From Lama glama (Eukaryota): a stretch of DNA of 64,000 nt. The DNA lies in the NCBI GenBank assembly GCA_028534125.1, contig CM052816.1, positions 71,364,001-71,428,000 of the forward strand, in the 5' to 3' direction. The notes beneath the pieces were generated by a model. That model did not search any database and had not been told where the DNA came from. It saw only the letters and a list, made by a program, of their open reading frames with translations. Every line of letters starts with the position of its first letter. Positions within the stretch are counted from its first letter, which is position 1. This document shows, one piece after another, positions 52,106-64,000 of this stretch. Position numbers and translations under genes: made by a program.

Positions 52106-53144
52106 ACTCATGTATTTTAAGATTTACCTCAGGACTCCTCAAAAGAAGATAATATTATCTTTATTCTTTTCTTTCTCTATCCCTCATTTTCCAAACCTGC
52201 AGAATGGAGACCATAAAATCTCCTGATGAGGATTTGGTTTGAGAATTAAACAAGTACATACATTTAGACTGTTTAGAACAGTTTCTGGCACAAAGTAAGT
52301 AATACTTGTATCACTTGGTTGTAATACAAGAAAACCGTAGGAAGTTGAAATAGTATATACAATTTAGGGCTTTTTTGGTTTGCTTTTATTTTTGTTTTTG
52401 CCAAGGCAACTGAAAAACAGGCAAACGGAATGCATTAATTTCCTACTTTTCACAACCAGGGAATTCCCAGAAATTAAGTCCAGAATGATTCCGTTAAGCT
52501 GTGTTTTGTTACATTCTCAAGTTTATGTTCACACCTTCATTTATAAGCAGTTCTGGATATTTATTATTTATTTTAGATTATGAACTCCTAGAGGCCAGAG
52601 CTCTTTCTAAACAGCTTTACCCAGAACTCTGAATAGACTCATGAATATATAGTGTTAAATACTACTTGAGTGCAAACACATCTTCACTTGCTGTATATCG
52701 CAAGAAAGAAAGATATAGTCTATAAGACCTACTTTTACAGTATTGAATTATGTTGACCTGGTAAAACAAATAGCAGGAGGAGTGGCTAAATGAGAGTGCC
52801 TATAAACCAGGAAGATTCCTTTTATTCTGAAGGAAAACTTTCCATAAAAAGGCATTCTGGAGCTTCAAGATCCTCTTACATAGGTATGGCAAATTTTATA
52901 ATGCATTAAAACCTTTGGAGAGCACATCTTAGAAAGCATTTTTTTAAACGTAGCGTGTAACGATTATTGATTTGACCAGAGAAAAGACCAGCAGAGAAAA
53001 GATCCATTGGTCTGCTTTACAATTTGATTCTTTAAACTGTTTATAAGAGTCTTTTTAAACAAAGCCTGGCTGTTTGGAAATGTGGGTAAATAAAGTCAAA
53101 GCTTGAAATGCTTTAGATCTTTTTGTTTTGATTTATTTTACCTC

Positions 53145-53850
53145 CAATACTTTTTAAAATTTATGGTACAATTTATATGGAGTAAAATGTGCAGGTTTTA
53201 AGTGTACAGTTTGATATAAATAGTAAGAAATGCGTATACTCATGTCATCACCCCTCCAGTCACTATAGATTTACTTCAGTCCTGGCTCTTTGATGCCAGT
53301 AACAATCCCCCCTTCCACTTGCCCCAGGCAGCTACTTTCTGATTTCTATTATCATAAATTACTTTTACATTTTCTAGAATTTTTTATAAATGGAAATCCA
53401 CAAATTGCATAGTTTTGTACCTGGATTCTTTCACTTAGCACGTTATTTTTGAGCTTCATCTCTAGTATTGAGAATATGAGTAGTTCATTCTTTTTTATTG
53501 CAGAATAGTATTCCATTTTATAAACTTACCATGATTTGTTGATTAATTTTCCTAAGTATTTGAGGGTTTTTCCTACTACTAGGCTATTATGAATAAAAGA
53601 ATTATAAGCTTTTAGAGTGTAGACATATGTTTTTATTTTTCTTAATTAAGTATCAGTGGAATTGTTGTGTCACAAGGTACCTGTATTTTTTACTTCAAGA
53701 GAAACAAGCAATTTCCCAAAGTTGTTGAATCATAAACTTCTACTAGGAACATGTAAGAGTCCTTGGTATTCCACATCCTTCCACATTTAGTATTTTCAGT
53801 TTTTAAATTATGGCTACTCTAGTTGGCATGAAGTGGTATTTTATTATAAT
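53145..53850 (-). mobile_element. Old L1M 3' end
   Basis: ttttaagtgtacagtt, tttcacttagca, gaatagtattccatt, gctattatgaataa, ccacatcct motifs. Confidence 0.8.
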
Positions 53851-54414
53851 TTTTTCAGTCTTTTAATAGAATAAAATACGGAGTCTTTCCTTGAAGGATT
53901 GCTCTCTTTTTTCCTTTAATTCTTCTTGATAAATCCCAGAATAATATGGTGTATTTCAAGTCTATTGTGGAATGCACTAACATACAAATTTCCCTGTCTT
54001 GTATATTCCCACTTGTCTTCTGAGTTGAAGTTTTCATTCAGTCATTGTGTTTCAAGATTTTTTATTGCATTGGGAAATCTTATGGAGAAATATTTTCCCA
54101 TTTTGAAACTACATTATCAATATCTTCTGAAAGTTTTGATTTGTTTAAATGTCCATTTTAAAATGAGGTTTCTAAAAATTATAAAAAAAAATAGTTACAT
54201 GTAGCAAACCTAAGCCTCTGAGTATAGAGGCTGTATAAAACTGAGCATGATGTGACAACTAGCAAAGGTGCCGTGCCTGGGTTTGAAACTTCTCTGTTGC
54301 ATAAAGATGATGGGGAAAAGAAAGAAGTACCTCTACCTGGGATAGGTCATAAATATCAAATACATAAAACACAAATAATCAGTAAATTCATTATAAAAAT
54401 GCCTAACCAGTAAA

Positions 54415-54599
54415 TATGGTTGCCAGCTTTAGTAAATGAAAATACAGGACCCCCAGGTAAATTTGAATTTCAAATAATTGACAAAAATATTTTTAGCATG
54501 AGCATGTTCCATGAATATTTGGGTCATAGTTATACTAAAACTCGATTTGCTATTTATGCATATTTAATTGGATATTCTGCATTTTATCTGGCAATCCTA
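54415..54599. mobile_element. MER53-like hAT MITE
   Basis: TIRs tatggttgccag / ctggcaatccta; degenerate 8-bp TSD ccagtaaa / tcagtaat; internal aaatttgaatttca. Confidence 0.85.
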
Positions 54600-54616
54600 T
54601 CAGTAATGTGCATATT

Positions 54617-54617
<1 letters not shown>

Positions 54618-54660
<43 letters not shown>

Positions 54661-54700
54661 TGTGTGTTTGGAGAGAGAGAGACGGAGAGAGACAGAGGGA
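54618..54700. repeat. (TG)n-(GA)n compound microsatellite
   Basis: Read directly. Confidence 0.95.
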
Positions 54701-54866
54701 GTGTTAAATTTCAGTTGTGGCTGTGTCTGTAATAAAGAAATTATTAGTAAAGTTACATTTACAGTGACATTGATTCTTTTTTTAATGCACACAGTATAGT
54801 AGACAAACTCTGAGAGGGCTCATGAACATATGTATTCATAAAGAAAAACACAAGAGCATCAGTTGG

Positions 54867-55276
54867 TGAATTAGCTTGCTAGGGCTGTCATAACAAGGCA
54901 CACCACAGACTGGGTGGCTTAAACAACAGAAATTTGTTCTCTCGCACTGTTTGGAAGCTAGAAATCCCAGATCAAGGTATGGGCAGGAGTGGGTCCCTCT
55001 GAGAGCTGTGAGGGAAGGATCTCTCCCCGGCTCTCTCCTTGGCTTGCAGATGGCTGTCTTGTCCCTGTGTCTTCGCATCCTTTTTGCTCTGTACATGTCT
55101 GTGTCCAAATTTCCTCTTCCTATAAAGACACCAGTCACACTGGATTAGGACTCACCGTAATGGCTTCAACTTAATTAATTCTGTAAAGACTATCTCCAAT
55201 ACAGTCACATTCTGAGGTGTCAAGGGTTAAGACTTCAACAAATGAAATCTTAAGGGACACAATTGAGCCCAGAGCC
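54867..55276 (-). mobile_element. ERVL-MaLR solo LTR (MLT1B/C-like)
   Basis: ttgctagggctgtcataacaa...ccacagactgggtggcttaaacaacagaaattt...acagtcacattctgagg...gggacacaatt. Confidence 0.9.
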
Positions 55277-55952
55277 ACTGGGAAGGGGAATTGGAAAAGG
55301 CTGAGAAGGGAATGAATGAAACATGGGTAATGAAGGGAATAAGAATTAGAATGTGGCTTTTATGTTATATATGGGAAATAATCCAACTCAGATATGCTTT
55401 TATCTTGCCAGTGTGAATTTCAAGAGCTAGTTTTTCAGGACACTGAACAGCTACGCTCAGATTGAGGTACTTGAAATTTCAGTGAACCCAAGATTCCCGC
55501 TCTCCGTGGACTCTCTCTGGGTGTAACAAATAGAAGCAAGCATGTGAGTGAGATGGCTACACGTCTAAGGTGGTGTTTCAGCTCTTCTCCAATCTTCAGT
55601 GATGACTTCAAATGTAGACCAAGTCGGGGAAAAAGAGAATAAATTCTGAATCACATTTTTAAATGTTTTTCAATCCAGAATGCCTAATGGATGCATTGAA
55701 ATTCACTCTGAATGATGAAAGTGATTTTTTTTTCTAAAATGCTCATTTAAAGTCTTTCTTCGAGGGACTATTCTCTACCCCCTTAGCAATAATCACCCTG
55801 GTGCAACACAGAATCCTGGTCCTGTTCATTAGAACATAGTAAGAATCAAATCATTGTTTATCTCTTTATATCCTGTGAAAGAGAAAATATGTTAAAATAA
55901 TTTGATGAAGATTTAGTAAGATTTCAACATTAACTACCTTGAACATAAACTC

Positions 55953-55973
55953 TGTGTGTGTGTGTGTGTGTGT
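55953..55973. repeat. (TG)n microsatellite
   Basis: Read directly. Confidence 0.9.
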
Positions 55974-56559
55974 ACAACTTAAAAGTTCTGTCTCACACAG
56001 TTCTCTGGTAAATGTCATGGCTTTGTTATTTCCCATGTAACTCACCTATAACAATGCTCATCTGAAAATGAGAAAATGCTTCACGAGGCAGAATATAATT
56101 TACATCACAACCACAGAGATTCTCATATTTTAAGTACAGAGTGGTGTGGACTGACCTCACTAGAATCTTTAGAAAAATATATCCACCAGTTTTGTCCATA
56201 TGATAGCACAAAACATGGATTTTGACTTTTTTCTTTATTCTCAAATCAAGAGGTGAACTGAGGGAATCTATGTTTCTAGCTGGTTTGCCCATTATTCAAC
56301 CTGGGAAACCACGTAAATAGGCTGCATACTGTATCAATGAAGCCCTCTTTGATGTTGTGAGATGTTTGACTTTCTCTACTACGCCTGACTACATCTATCA
56401 CATTGTCTAATTGCAATTCACTTTATGTCTATGTCCCCTCACCAAACTATGAGCCCAAGCACTCTTATTTACCAAAGCTTAGCACAAACAAACAGTTAGC
56501 ATTAACTAAGTACAAGGTCTGTTGAATGAATAAACGAATCCATGAATTAAAATAATTAA

Positions 56560-57040
56560 AGTAGTAACAAGTATAATTTACTGAGATCTTACAATGCACT
56601 AGGTGCATGGTAATCGGGATAATTTTGCTTTCTTTTCACAACAACCTTATAGTGTAGGTTATAATCATTACACATTTGACAGATAAAAAAAAGCAAGACT
56701 TGCAGTGGTTAGTAAATGGCAGTACTGGGATTTGAACAGAAGTATTTCTGTTTTCAGAGCCTGAGAGTTAGGATAGTATGATGGTTCAGAGCCTAGCCTG
56801 CTGGCCACACAGCCCGGGTGAGACTCCCAGCCTCGCCCCTTCTCAGCGGCATGACCTTGGACAATTTATGGAATAGCAATAAGCTTCAGTATTTTAACAT
56901 TTCTGTGCCTTAGTTTCCCATCTGTAAATTAGAGACAGTAAGAATTAGCTATTTATGGGACTGTGTTGAGTTGTAAATGATTTATTATATCCAAAGCACT
57001 TAGAACCAAACCTGGATCAGGGTAAGTTGGTAAATATTAG
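56560..57040. mobile_element. Two adjacent MIRs in opposite orientation
   Basis: Antisense core (catttgacagat...gggatttgaac) to ~56765, then sense core (tgaccttggacaa...ctgtgccttagtttcccatctgtaaa...aaagcacttagaac). Confidence 0.7.
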
Positions 57041-59689
57041 GTGAGTGGGAGCATTTTATGACTATAGATTGCATTCATATTATACTATATTTAGCACTTA
57101 AATTTCTATTGCCCAGTTTACTACCCTGCTTTCAGTTCTCGAATACACTGCAAACCTGCTGTATGTTCTTTACTCTGCAGTCACACCGGCACAATGTTTA
57201 CATTCTCACTTTTTCTTGAGAAGATCAAATCCCTCTAACACAAAGCTCAGGTTAAAATTGGCCACGCCTCTGCAGGTGTAACATTGTGCTACCCAAACAG
57301 AAGAGCTGAATGGACGAGATGGCTGAGTATTTCTAAGCGGAAACAGAATCAAAGAAGTGAATGGTTTCTGGCATCGTATGTCATGCTATTACAAGGCCAA
57401 TTTGTTAGTCGACTATATTTGGTGGAATATTGGGTTTTGAGCAAAGAAAGGAAATGGTAAGGTAACAGTAGCTAATTCACGGCAAGCATTTTCTGTATTA
57501 GGTTTAAAGCAGATTTAAATAATAATAGGATGCAAAAAAAAAAAAGAGCGAAAATAGAGCTACATTTCAATGACATTGAATAGCAGCTCTGTTTTTGGAA
57601 GGTCGTTTTATCTTTCAATGATGCCAGGTGTAGGATACAAGGAAGGCATACCTGAAGGACATTGCAAGAAACAAAGGAAATTCTCAAACAGAGGGACTTC
57701 TTGAATACTAGAATTAACCAGGATGATTTGTTGCCTTTCAATATACAATATCCATTTGTTAACTATGAGCAAGAATTAGTTCCACGAGTAATTAGTGCAA
57801 TAACTCCCACTAATCTTGATCTGTTACGCCTTACAATTGGCTCGTAATATTAAATAAAATATTAAAACGTGTGACTGTTTTTTATATCATCAGCCTTAAA
57901 AAAAACTCACTAAGTTATTTTAATCAATATACTTGTTTTAAGTAAAAGCCATTTAATCTCCTGACTTATACATTAACCTTCCATTAAGTATTAGTGAAGA
58001 AGTTAAATGCACCTTAGTCAATAATGGTAATGCGGGAACTGTTGTATTACCTATGGAGAAATGCGTATTCATATTATGTTAAAGTGGTTGTCCTTAACGA
58101 TTAGCCATTATGTGTCAGGAAAGTGATAATGAATTTGAAATATTCCATGAGAAAATGAATTATAATGTTGAAATTGAGTTCTCTGCACTGTAATAATTTT
58201 GAAATGAGGTCATCTGCTTCTTCTGGTCAGTGCCTTTTAAGGCAATGATATTGAAGTGATGAAGCCACCCTGGGTGACACTTTGACCTCACCTTGCAGTC
58301 TCACTGCTTGGTGGGTAATAAATGAGGCTGCTAATTGAAGCTGAGATCTATGAATCTATTGGACAGTAGGGTTTTAACAAGTACTCATTTTGTATAAAGG
58401 TGCCAATATCTGTAAGATGCTTACGGTAAAGCAGAATTTCTTCATCTTCAAAACCATCTTATACATTTTGGTTTTTACCTTCATCACAAAATGGTATCTA
58501 TTTTCAATCCTCCTTCCTGTATATTTTTATATTTCTCTAACATTCTTCTGTAAATTTTTTCTCTATCAAAAAACTTATTTTATGGTAAGATTATCAATGT
58601 GAATTCTGATGGATTTTCGGTAGCACACAATGCACTTTCTTTCTCGATTATTACGAGATAATCAAGGAAAATGTGTAGACTCTAAACAACATTCTTCCAG
58701 ATTTTTTACTCCACTTGCAATTAAAAGTGCAGATGCTTATTGGTCATCGTTTTCTGTACCCACAGATTTTCTTCCATGTTTGTATTATTAGATATAACAA
58801 ATATGATTCCATGACTTAAGAAAAATAATTAATGTCGATAAGAATCACAAACCAGTTCAAATAAATGACTTATTGTTCTTGTCTCTGCCACCTGTAGGTG
58901 TCCTTGCAGTGCCTTAGAAAAGAGGATAATATTTTGAATTATATATATTCCATATATTCTTAGTTTCTTGAGAAAAATCTGTAAACTCTAAAAAGCCCCT
59001 AAAAACATGTTTAAACTTTCTTAATGCAAGAATAGCCTTTTGACTTATAACTTTTAGGGAACCAAATAGAAATTAATGCCTAACCTGATCATTAATAAAG
59101 TATTTTACAATCTATAGTATTGTTTTATGCCTAACAAGCAATCCATCTAAAATTGTCCTAAGATTGATATTAACCCAATACTAGCTCCATTTTCTATGCT
59201 AATTATTTCAAGTCTCAGTTCCTCCCCCTGGTAAAGTATCACTTCCATGAATTTTGTATCATCAGTTAAATAAAAGTCATTACTTTTGGAGTTATATTAT
59301 AAATGTTTTAATCACATATTTGCTATGTATTATAATAAGCATAACTCCAAAATTATTTTACTTCATTATTTTATTAATAATTTTAATTATTTTATTTTTG
59401 TTACATTATTTTAGGAAAATATTGCTAACCAATAAAGAATTTACTCTGGACACTTATAGTCTATAACCATCACCATATAATTTTTATTCCATTTCAAAGT
59501 AAGCTACACTTTTTAATGTAATTATACTCCTCAATAAAGATACCCTGGAATGCTTTTGGAATTTTACACCTGCAAACATTTTTGTCTATAAAGAGGAAAT
59601 AAGAAAGATAACAAGGACATGAAAATTGTATACACAGTATTCATAAATGTGTTTATTTAAAAAATTACTCTTTATTACTCCATTGGACT

Positions 59690-59930
59690 AGAAGGAGCTA
59701 TGCTTGTTGAATACTAACCACGTTGCAGGCGAAGTTTTAAGTGCTTTCCATATTTCAATTCATTTTAGCCTCATAGCATTCCTATTCATGTCTACCATTT
59801 CCCCTCTTACAAATGGGGAACTGGAGTTAGAGAGAAGTTAAGTAGGTTCCCCCTCAAAGGTGCATCGTGGTTTGGCCAGAATTTGGAGCTGAGCAATTGC
59901 TTCCAGAGTCCACACTTAAATAATACCCTG
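59690..59930 (-). mobile_element. MIR SINE
   Basis: taagtgcttt...tttcccctcttacaaatggggaactggag...gagaagttaagt. Confidence 0.65.
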
Positions 59931-61301
59931 TACTCCCTTGATGAATTATAATGAAACACTAAGGAGGAAGTTCTCAAAATAATATCAAAGATTCTTCTTT
60001 AACATTTATTTTGCTTTTTACAGAATGACACATTTGATAAAAGACAAAATTATGGAAATAGAGAATCTTTGTTGGTAAATTCTTACAGTTACCTTGCCCC
60101 ATGAAATGGGGTAAGAAAAGGAGCTATTTTATTCTGTAGCATATTGTCTTTATCACAGAATTTTATTCAATATAGTTTACTGTTTTAGACTCTTGAGAAA
60201 AATCAAAGTGTTGGGAACATCCTTCACTCCCCTCAGTCCTGAAGAGGCTCTGTGAGTCACAAGGGAGCATAAAATAAAGCCAAAGTGGGCAAAAGTCAGG
60301 GTACATATTCGGGGAACCAAAATCCAAACTTCATTCTAATTTGATAGGGATCAAGTAACCAATTACTACCTAGGAAACAATGGTGGTAGGCTGCCCCCAA
60401 AGACGTCAGCCTGTTTGAGTGAAAAGATCAGCTCTCTAACTCCTGGGCAGCACTGGGAAAAATGGCACTAACAGAAGGCAAACCGTTGTCCTCCTGTGAT
60501 GCATCTGCACCTGGAATAACTGGACACGTCCCAAGGAAAAGCAAATAATGTAACTAATGAATGGAGAACCATTCATGACAGGATGGGTTTATCAAATTAG
60601 GACTCTGAAGTGTGGAGAAAGCAAAGATACAGACAGGATAGCACTGGGACCTATAACATTGTGAAAGGGGATCCAGTGTGACTTACACACTCTTTCCTGG
60701 GGAAAAAGTACAGTGCAGAGACATTTGTTTAGGCTCAAAATACTTAATTGGAAAATAAAACAAAGTAACATTTTAATAGAAAAAGGCAGATAGATGCAAC
60801 TCTTCATCCTATGAAATAATGGGGAAAATGTGTGTGGGTAGGATGACAGTTATTAACAAGAGGTAGAAGAGTTAGTTTTGGTGATATAGTTTTAGTTTTT
60901 CATATGATCATGAATATCCTATCTGGCTTTCTACAAATCAGCTGTGAGTGTTCCTTCCAGAGACAGACTATCAGATCGAATGGGCCATGTTTACTCAGTA
61001 TGAAATTAACTGTGCCCTTATGCTTCATGTCTTTTTCAGTCTTACCTCTAGTCCACAGTTCTGTGAATTCAACCCCAGGAATTCTATTAGATTTTACACA
61101 AAGTTATAGTTGCTTTGATAAGGTCAATTACATATAGGTAAAAAATGATAAAATTATTCAACAATGGTGATAGATAAACAGATAATAGATAACTATAAAT
61201 AGCAAAAGTGACCAATCAATTAAGGAATATTCATCTTTTCTCTGAGCAATAAAGTTTAATCTTTATTAGCAATAAGATGAGCAAATTTATATAAATGTGT
61301 T

Positions 61302-61339
61302 GTATATATGTGTATGTGTATACATATATATATATGTGT

Positions 61340-61381
<42 letters not shown>
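61302..61381. repeat. (TA)n/(TG) microsatellite
   Basis: Read directly. Confidence 0.95.
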
Positions 61382-63199
61382 CATTGATTGTCTTCGATTG
61401 TCAAATTTTGGAAAATTATGTAGTTTTCCCTTTATATTTCACCTAAGGAATATTTTGTTGATAACATGTGCTCGCAAATTCTTGTAGCTACTTCCTGGTT
61501 GTAAGTTAAATTCTTTTGTAGGCTATATTGATTTTCTTTCAGGTCACCAGGGTACTATTTAACAAATGGAAATTCATTCCATAATATTCTAAATGGATTT
61601 ACGTATTATATATTTAATGATGATTTAAAGGTATGAAAAGAATCACTTCGTGGAAAGATATATACATATGTATCCATTAGCATTCATCCACATAAGAAGT
61701 ATATCTGTTAATCAAAGGAAGATTCTACATGAAAGTATATCAGGCAGACTTTTTGTATTGTCTGTGTAACCATTAATCTTGACACATAATCTTCCTGTTA
61801 ACAGCGGTTAGTGTGAAGTTACTTAGCTTTACAATATTATTGAAATGAAGATTGGACTATTTACGAAACATTACTTTCATTCCTATACTTCTCAATTTCT
61901 TCCACTGCTGCCCTCTCTATTTATTATGCTCTCTGAACCCAAATTTAATTTAAAAAATAATACTGCCTTGGTTGTGATTGTCACCTTCCTCTGACTACCC
62001 CACCCCCTCCTCATTTAACTGAATCCTAGCTTGTTCTGAGGATCTTTCCCCCATCCTAGAGTCTGGACCTTCCTAGTTTCTCCCGATGGCATTTCATCTT
62101 TTCCTCTTCTTCTCTTATGTAAAACTTTCTCTTTTGCTTCACTATTTCCTCTTCTGTATTACTCCCAGCCACATACTCACCTTCATGTCAGAGTAGAAAC
62201 ACATCCACTACCCTTTTTCTCATTGCAAAGCCTACTGTGGTATGAGAACTATTGCTAAAAAGGGCTCTCAAGCTGTAGAAGGGCTTTAGGGTTGGTTTCA
62301 TGAAATAGAAGCAGCTAAATTAGTATATTCAGGGAACATTTGTTAGCTGCTCTTTGTGGGAAAATACAGAACTTCCAGGTAATTGATTTCCTTCACTTTG
62401 TTTCCCTCTGAAATCTGATCCAACACCAGTTTCCAACTGCTGCCTCCCATCTTTCCTGGTCTCCAACAGTCTTAGTCCCAGAATGCCCTTTTCTGTGTCC
62501 ACTGCTGGCCCCTTAGCGTTTTTCCTTTCTTATCAACTCTACACCATAGTCCTTCAAAGACAAGCACCAAACCAGTATGCTCAATATCCTGGTCTTTGAA
62601 TTCTCCTGCCCTCATCAGACAAAGCCTCAGAGTTGGATCAATCACTCCACTAGCCTTTCATACCCCAGCTGCCTGCAAGTAGAGAAAATAGAATTCCAAT
62701 CGAGGAAATATTTGTCAATTATTTATGGTGTGCCAAATTGCAAACAAGAGAAAGGATGTGTCCTGCCCTGAAGGAATTGACTATGACTTAGATAATGCAG
62801 ATTTTAGCTGACCTTGAGTATTATTTTGCATCCCTTTTTAAATTAATCTTTACTAAGCTCTCTTTTCCATTTCTTACAGAAACATCACGTTTCTTTAAAC
62901 CATCAGGATCTCTCAGCAATTAGCCTTTTGCCCTTCTTCACTGAGAAAATCAAGCCCAGCTTGTAAAAACATTTTCAACTTCATCTCCATCTTTTTGTTC
63001 AAGGTTAATTCCTTTCAGATATGTTTCAAGTTTCACCTTTTTCCCTCCACCTATTCCATCCAACTTTTACTCTATCAGTTACTTGTTAGCTCTTTGCCTT
63101 CAGCTTCTTTCTTGATACTGACTTTTTTTTCTCATCAGTATATAATTATCTTTGTAAATTTCACATCTTAAAAAGAATCCATTTTGTGTCAAATGTTAA

Positions 63200-63410
63200 T
63201 TGAGCTCCTAATACATGCCTGGCTCTGTGATAAGTCCTTTACACGTCTTTTTTCATTTCATCCTCACAGTAACTCAGAGATGTAAAATATTACTGTCACT
63301 TTACAGGTGCTAAAATGGGCTGACAGAGATAAGCCATACTCACGAAGTAGTAAAACTGAAATTTGAGCCGAGGTCCCTTTTTGTTCCAAAGCCCAAGATT
63401 CTAAACATTT
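63200..63410 (-). mobile_element. MIR SINE
   Basis: tcatttcatcctcacagtaac...tttacaggtg...atttgagccgaggtc...ccaaagccca. Confidence 0.65.
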
Positions 63411-63463
63411 TAGTACTTATTTATTCTTTTCTCTCTTTGCTGATTTCATCTGTCACTTACGTA

Positions 63464-63863
63464 GGTGATGGTTAGTTTTATGTGTCATCTTGGCTAGGCT
63501 ATAGTACTTAGTTATTTAATCAAATAGTAATCTGATGTTGCTGGGGAAGTATTTTGTAGATGTGTTTAGCATCTACAATCAATCAACTTTAATAAAGGAG
63601 ATTACTCTCGAAAATGTGTCTGGGCCACATCCAATCAGATGAAAGGCCTTAAGAGCAAAACTGAGGTTTTCTGGAGAAGAGGAATTTGACCTCAAGGCTA
63701 CTGCATCAGCTCTGGCTGTAACTGCCAGCCTGTCAGATTGCCCTACAGATTTTGGACTTGCCAGCCCCCATAAGCATGTGAGCCAATTCTTCAAAATAAA
63801 TCACACACTCACACACTATTCACTGCTGGTTCTGTTTCGCTATGGAGAACTCTAACTGATACA
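63464..63863 (+). mobile_element. ERVL solo LTR (MLT2-like)
   Basis: gtgatggttagttttatgtgtcatcttggctaggcta...tttggacttgccagcccc...gtgagccaattc...gagaactctaactgataca. Confidence 0.9.
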
Positions 63864-64000
63864 TATAGCGATGACTTTTATCTATGGCTTCCGCCCTTAC
63901 CTTTCTCCTGGTTCCGTATCTAGATGTTTAACTGTCTATCGCTTCTTCACGTAGATGATCAAAGGAAAACTTAAACTCATGTCCAGACTATCTTCCCTTC

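Overview
AT-rich mammalian genomic DNA, most likely a camelid (alpaca/llama/camel), inferred from two tRNA-derived SINEs and young L1 3' ends of camelid/artiodactyl type. The window looks intergenic or deep-intronic: no intact protein-coding gene is visible. It is dominated by old L1/L2/MIR, MaLR/ERVL LTRs, hAT MITEs and microsatellites, with several repeat-free blocks that look like conserved non-coding elements. The standout is a young LINE-1 insertion at 14354-15654, bounded by a perfect 17-bp target-site duplication. It has an inverted 5' ORF2 segment, a 500-N gap and two poly(A) tracts. Between the tracts lies a 437-nt 3' transduction carrying, antisense, a whole exon of the scramblase gene ANO6/TMEM16F with intronic flanks. 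The exon is more diverged than the insertion's apparent age would explain. Also notable are an ~88-bp inverted templated insertion (34408-34495, copied from 35500-35588) and a polyadenylated LTR retrocopy (~11983-12240). Repeat family names and the ANO6 comparison are from recall rather than a database search, and boundaries of old repeats are approximate.
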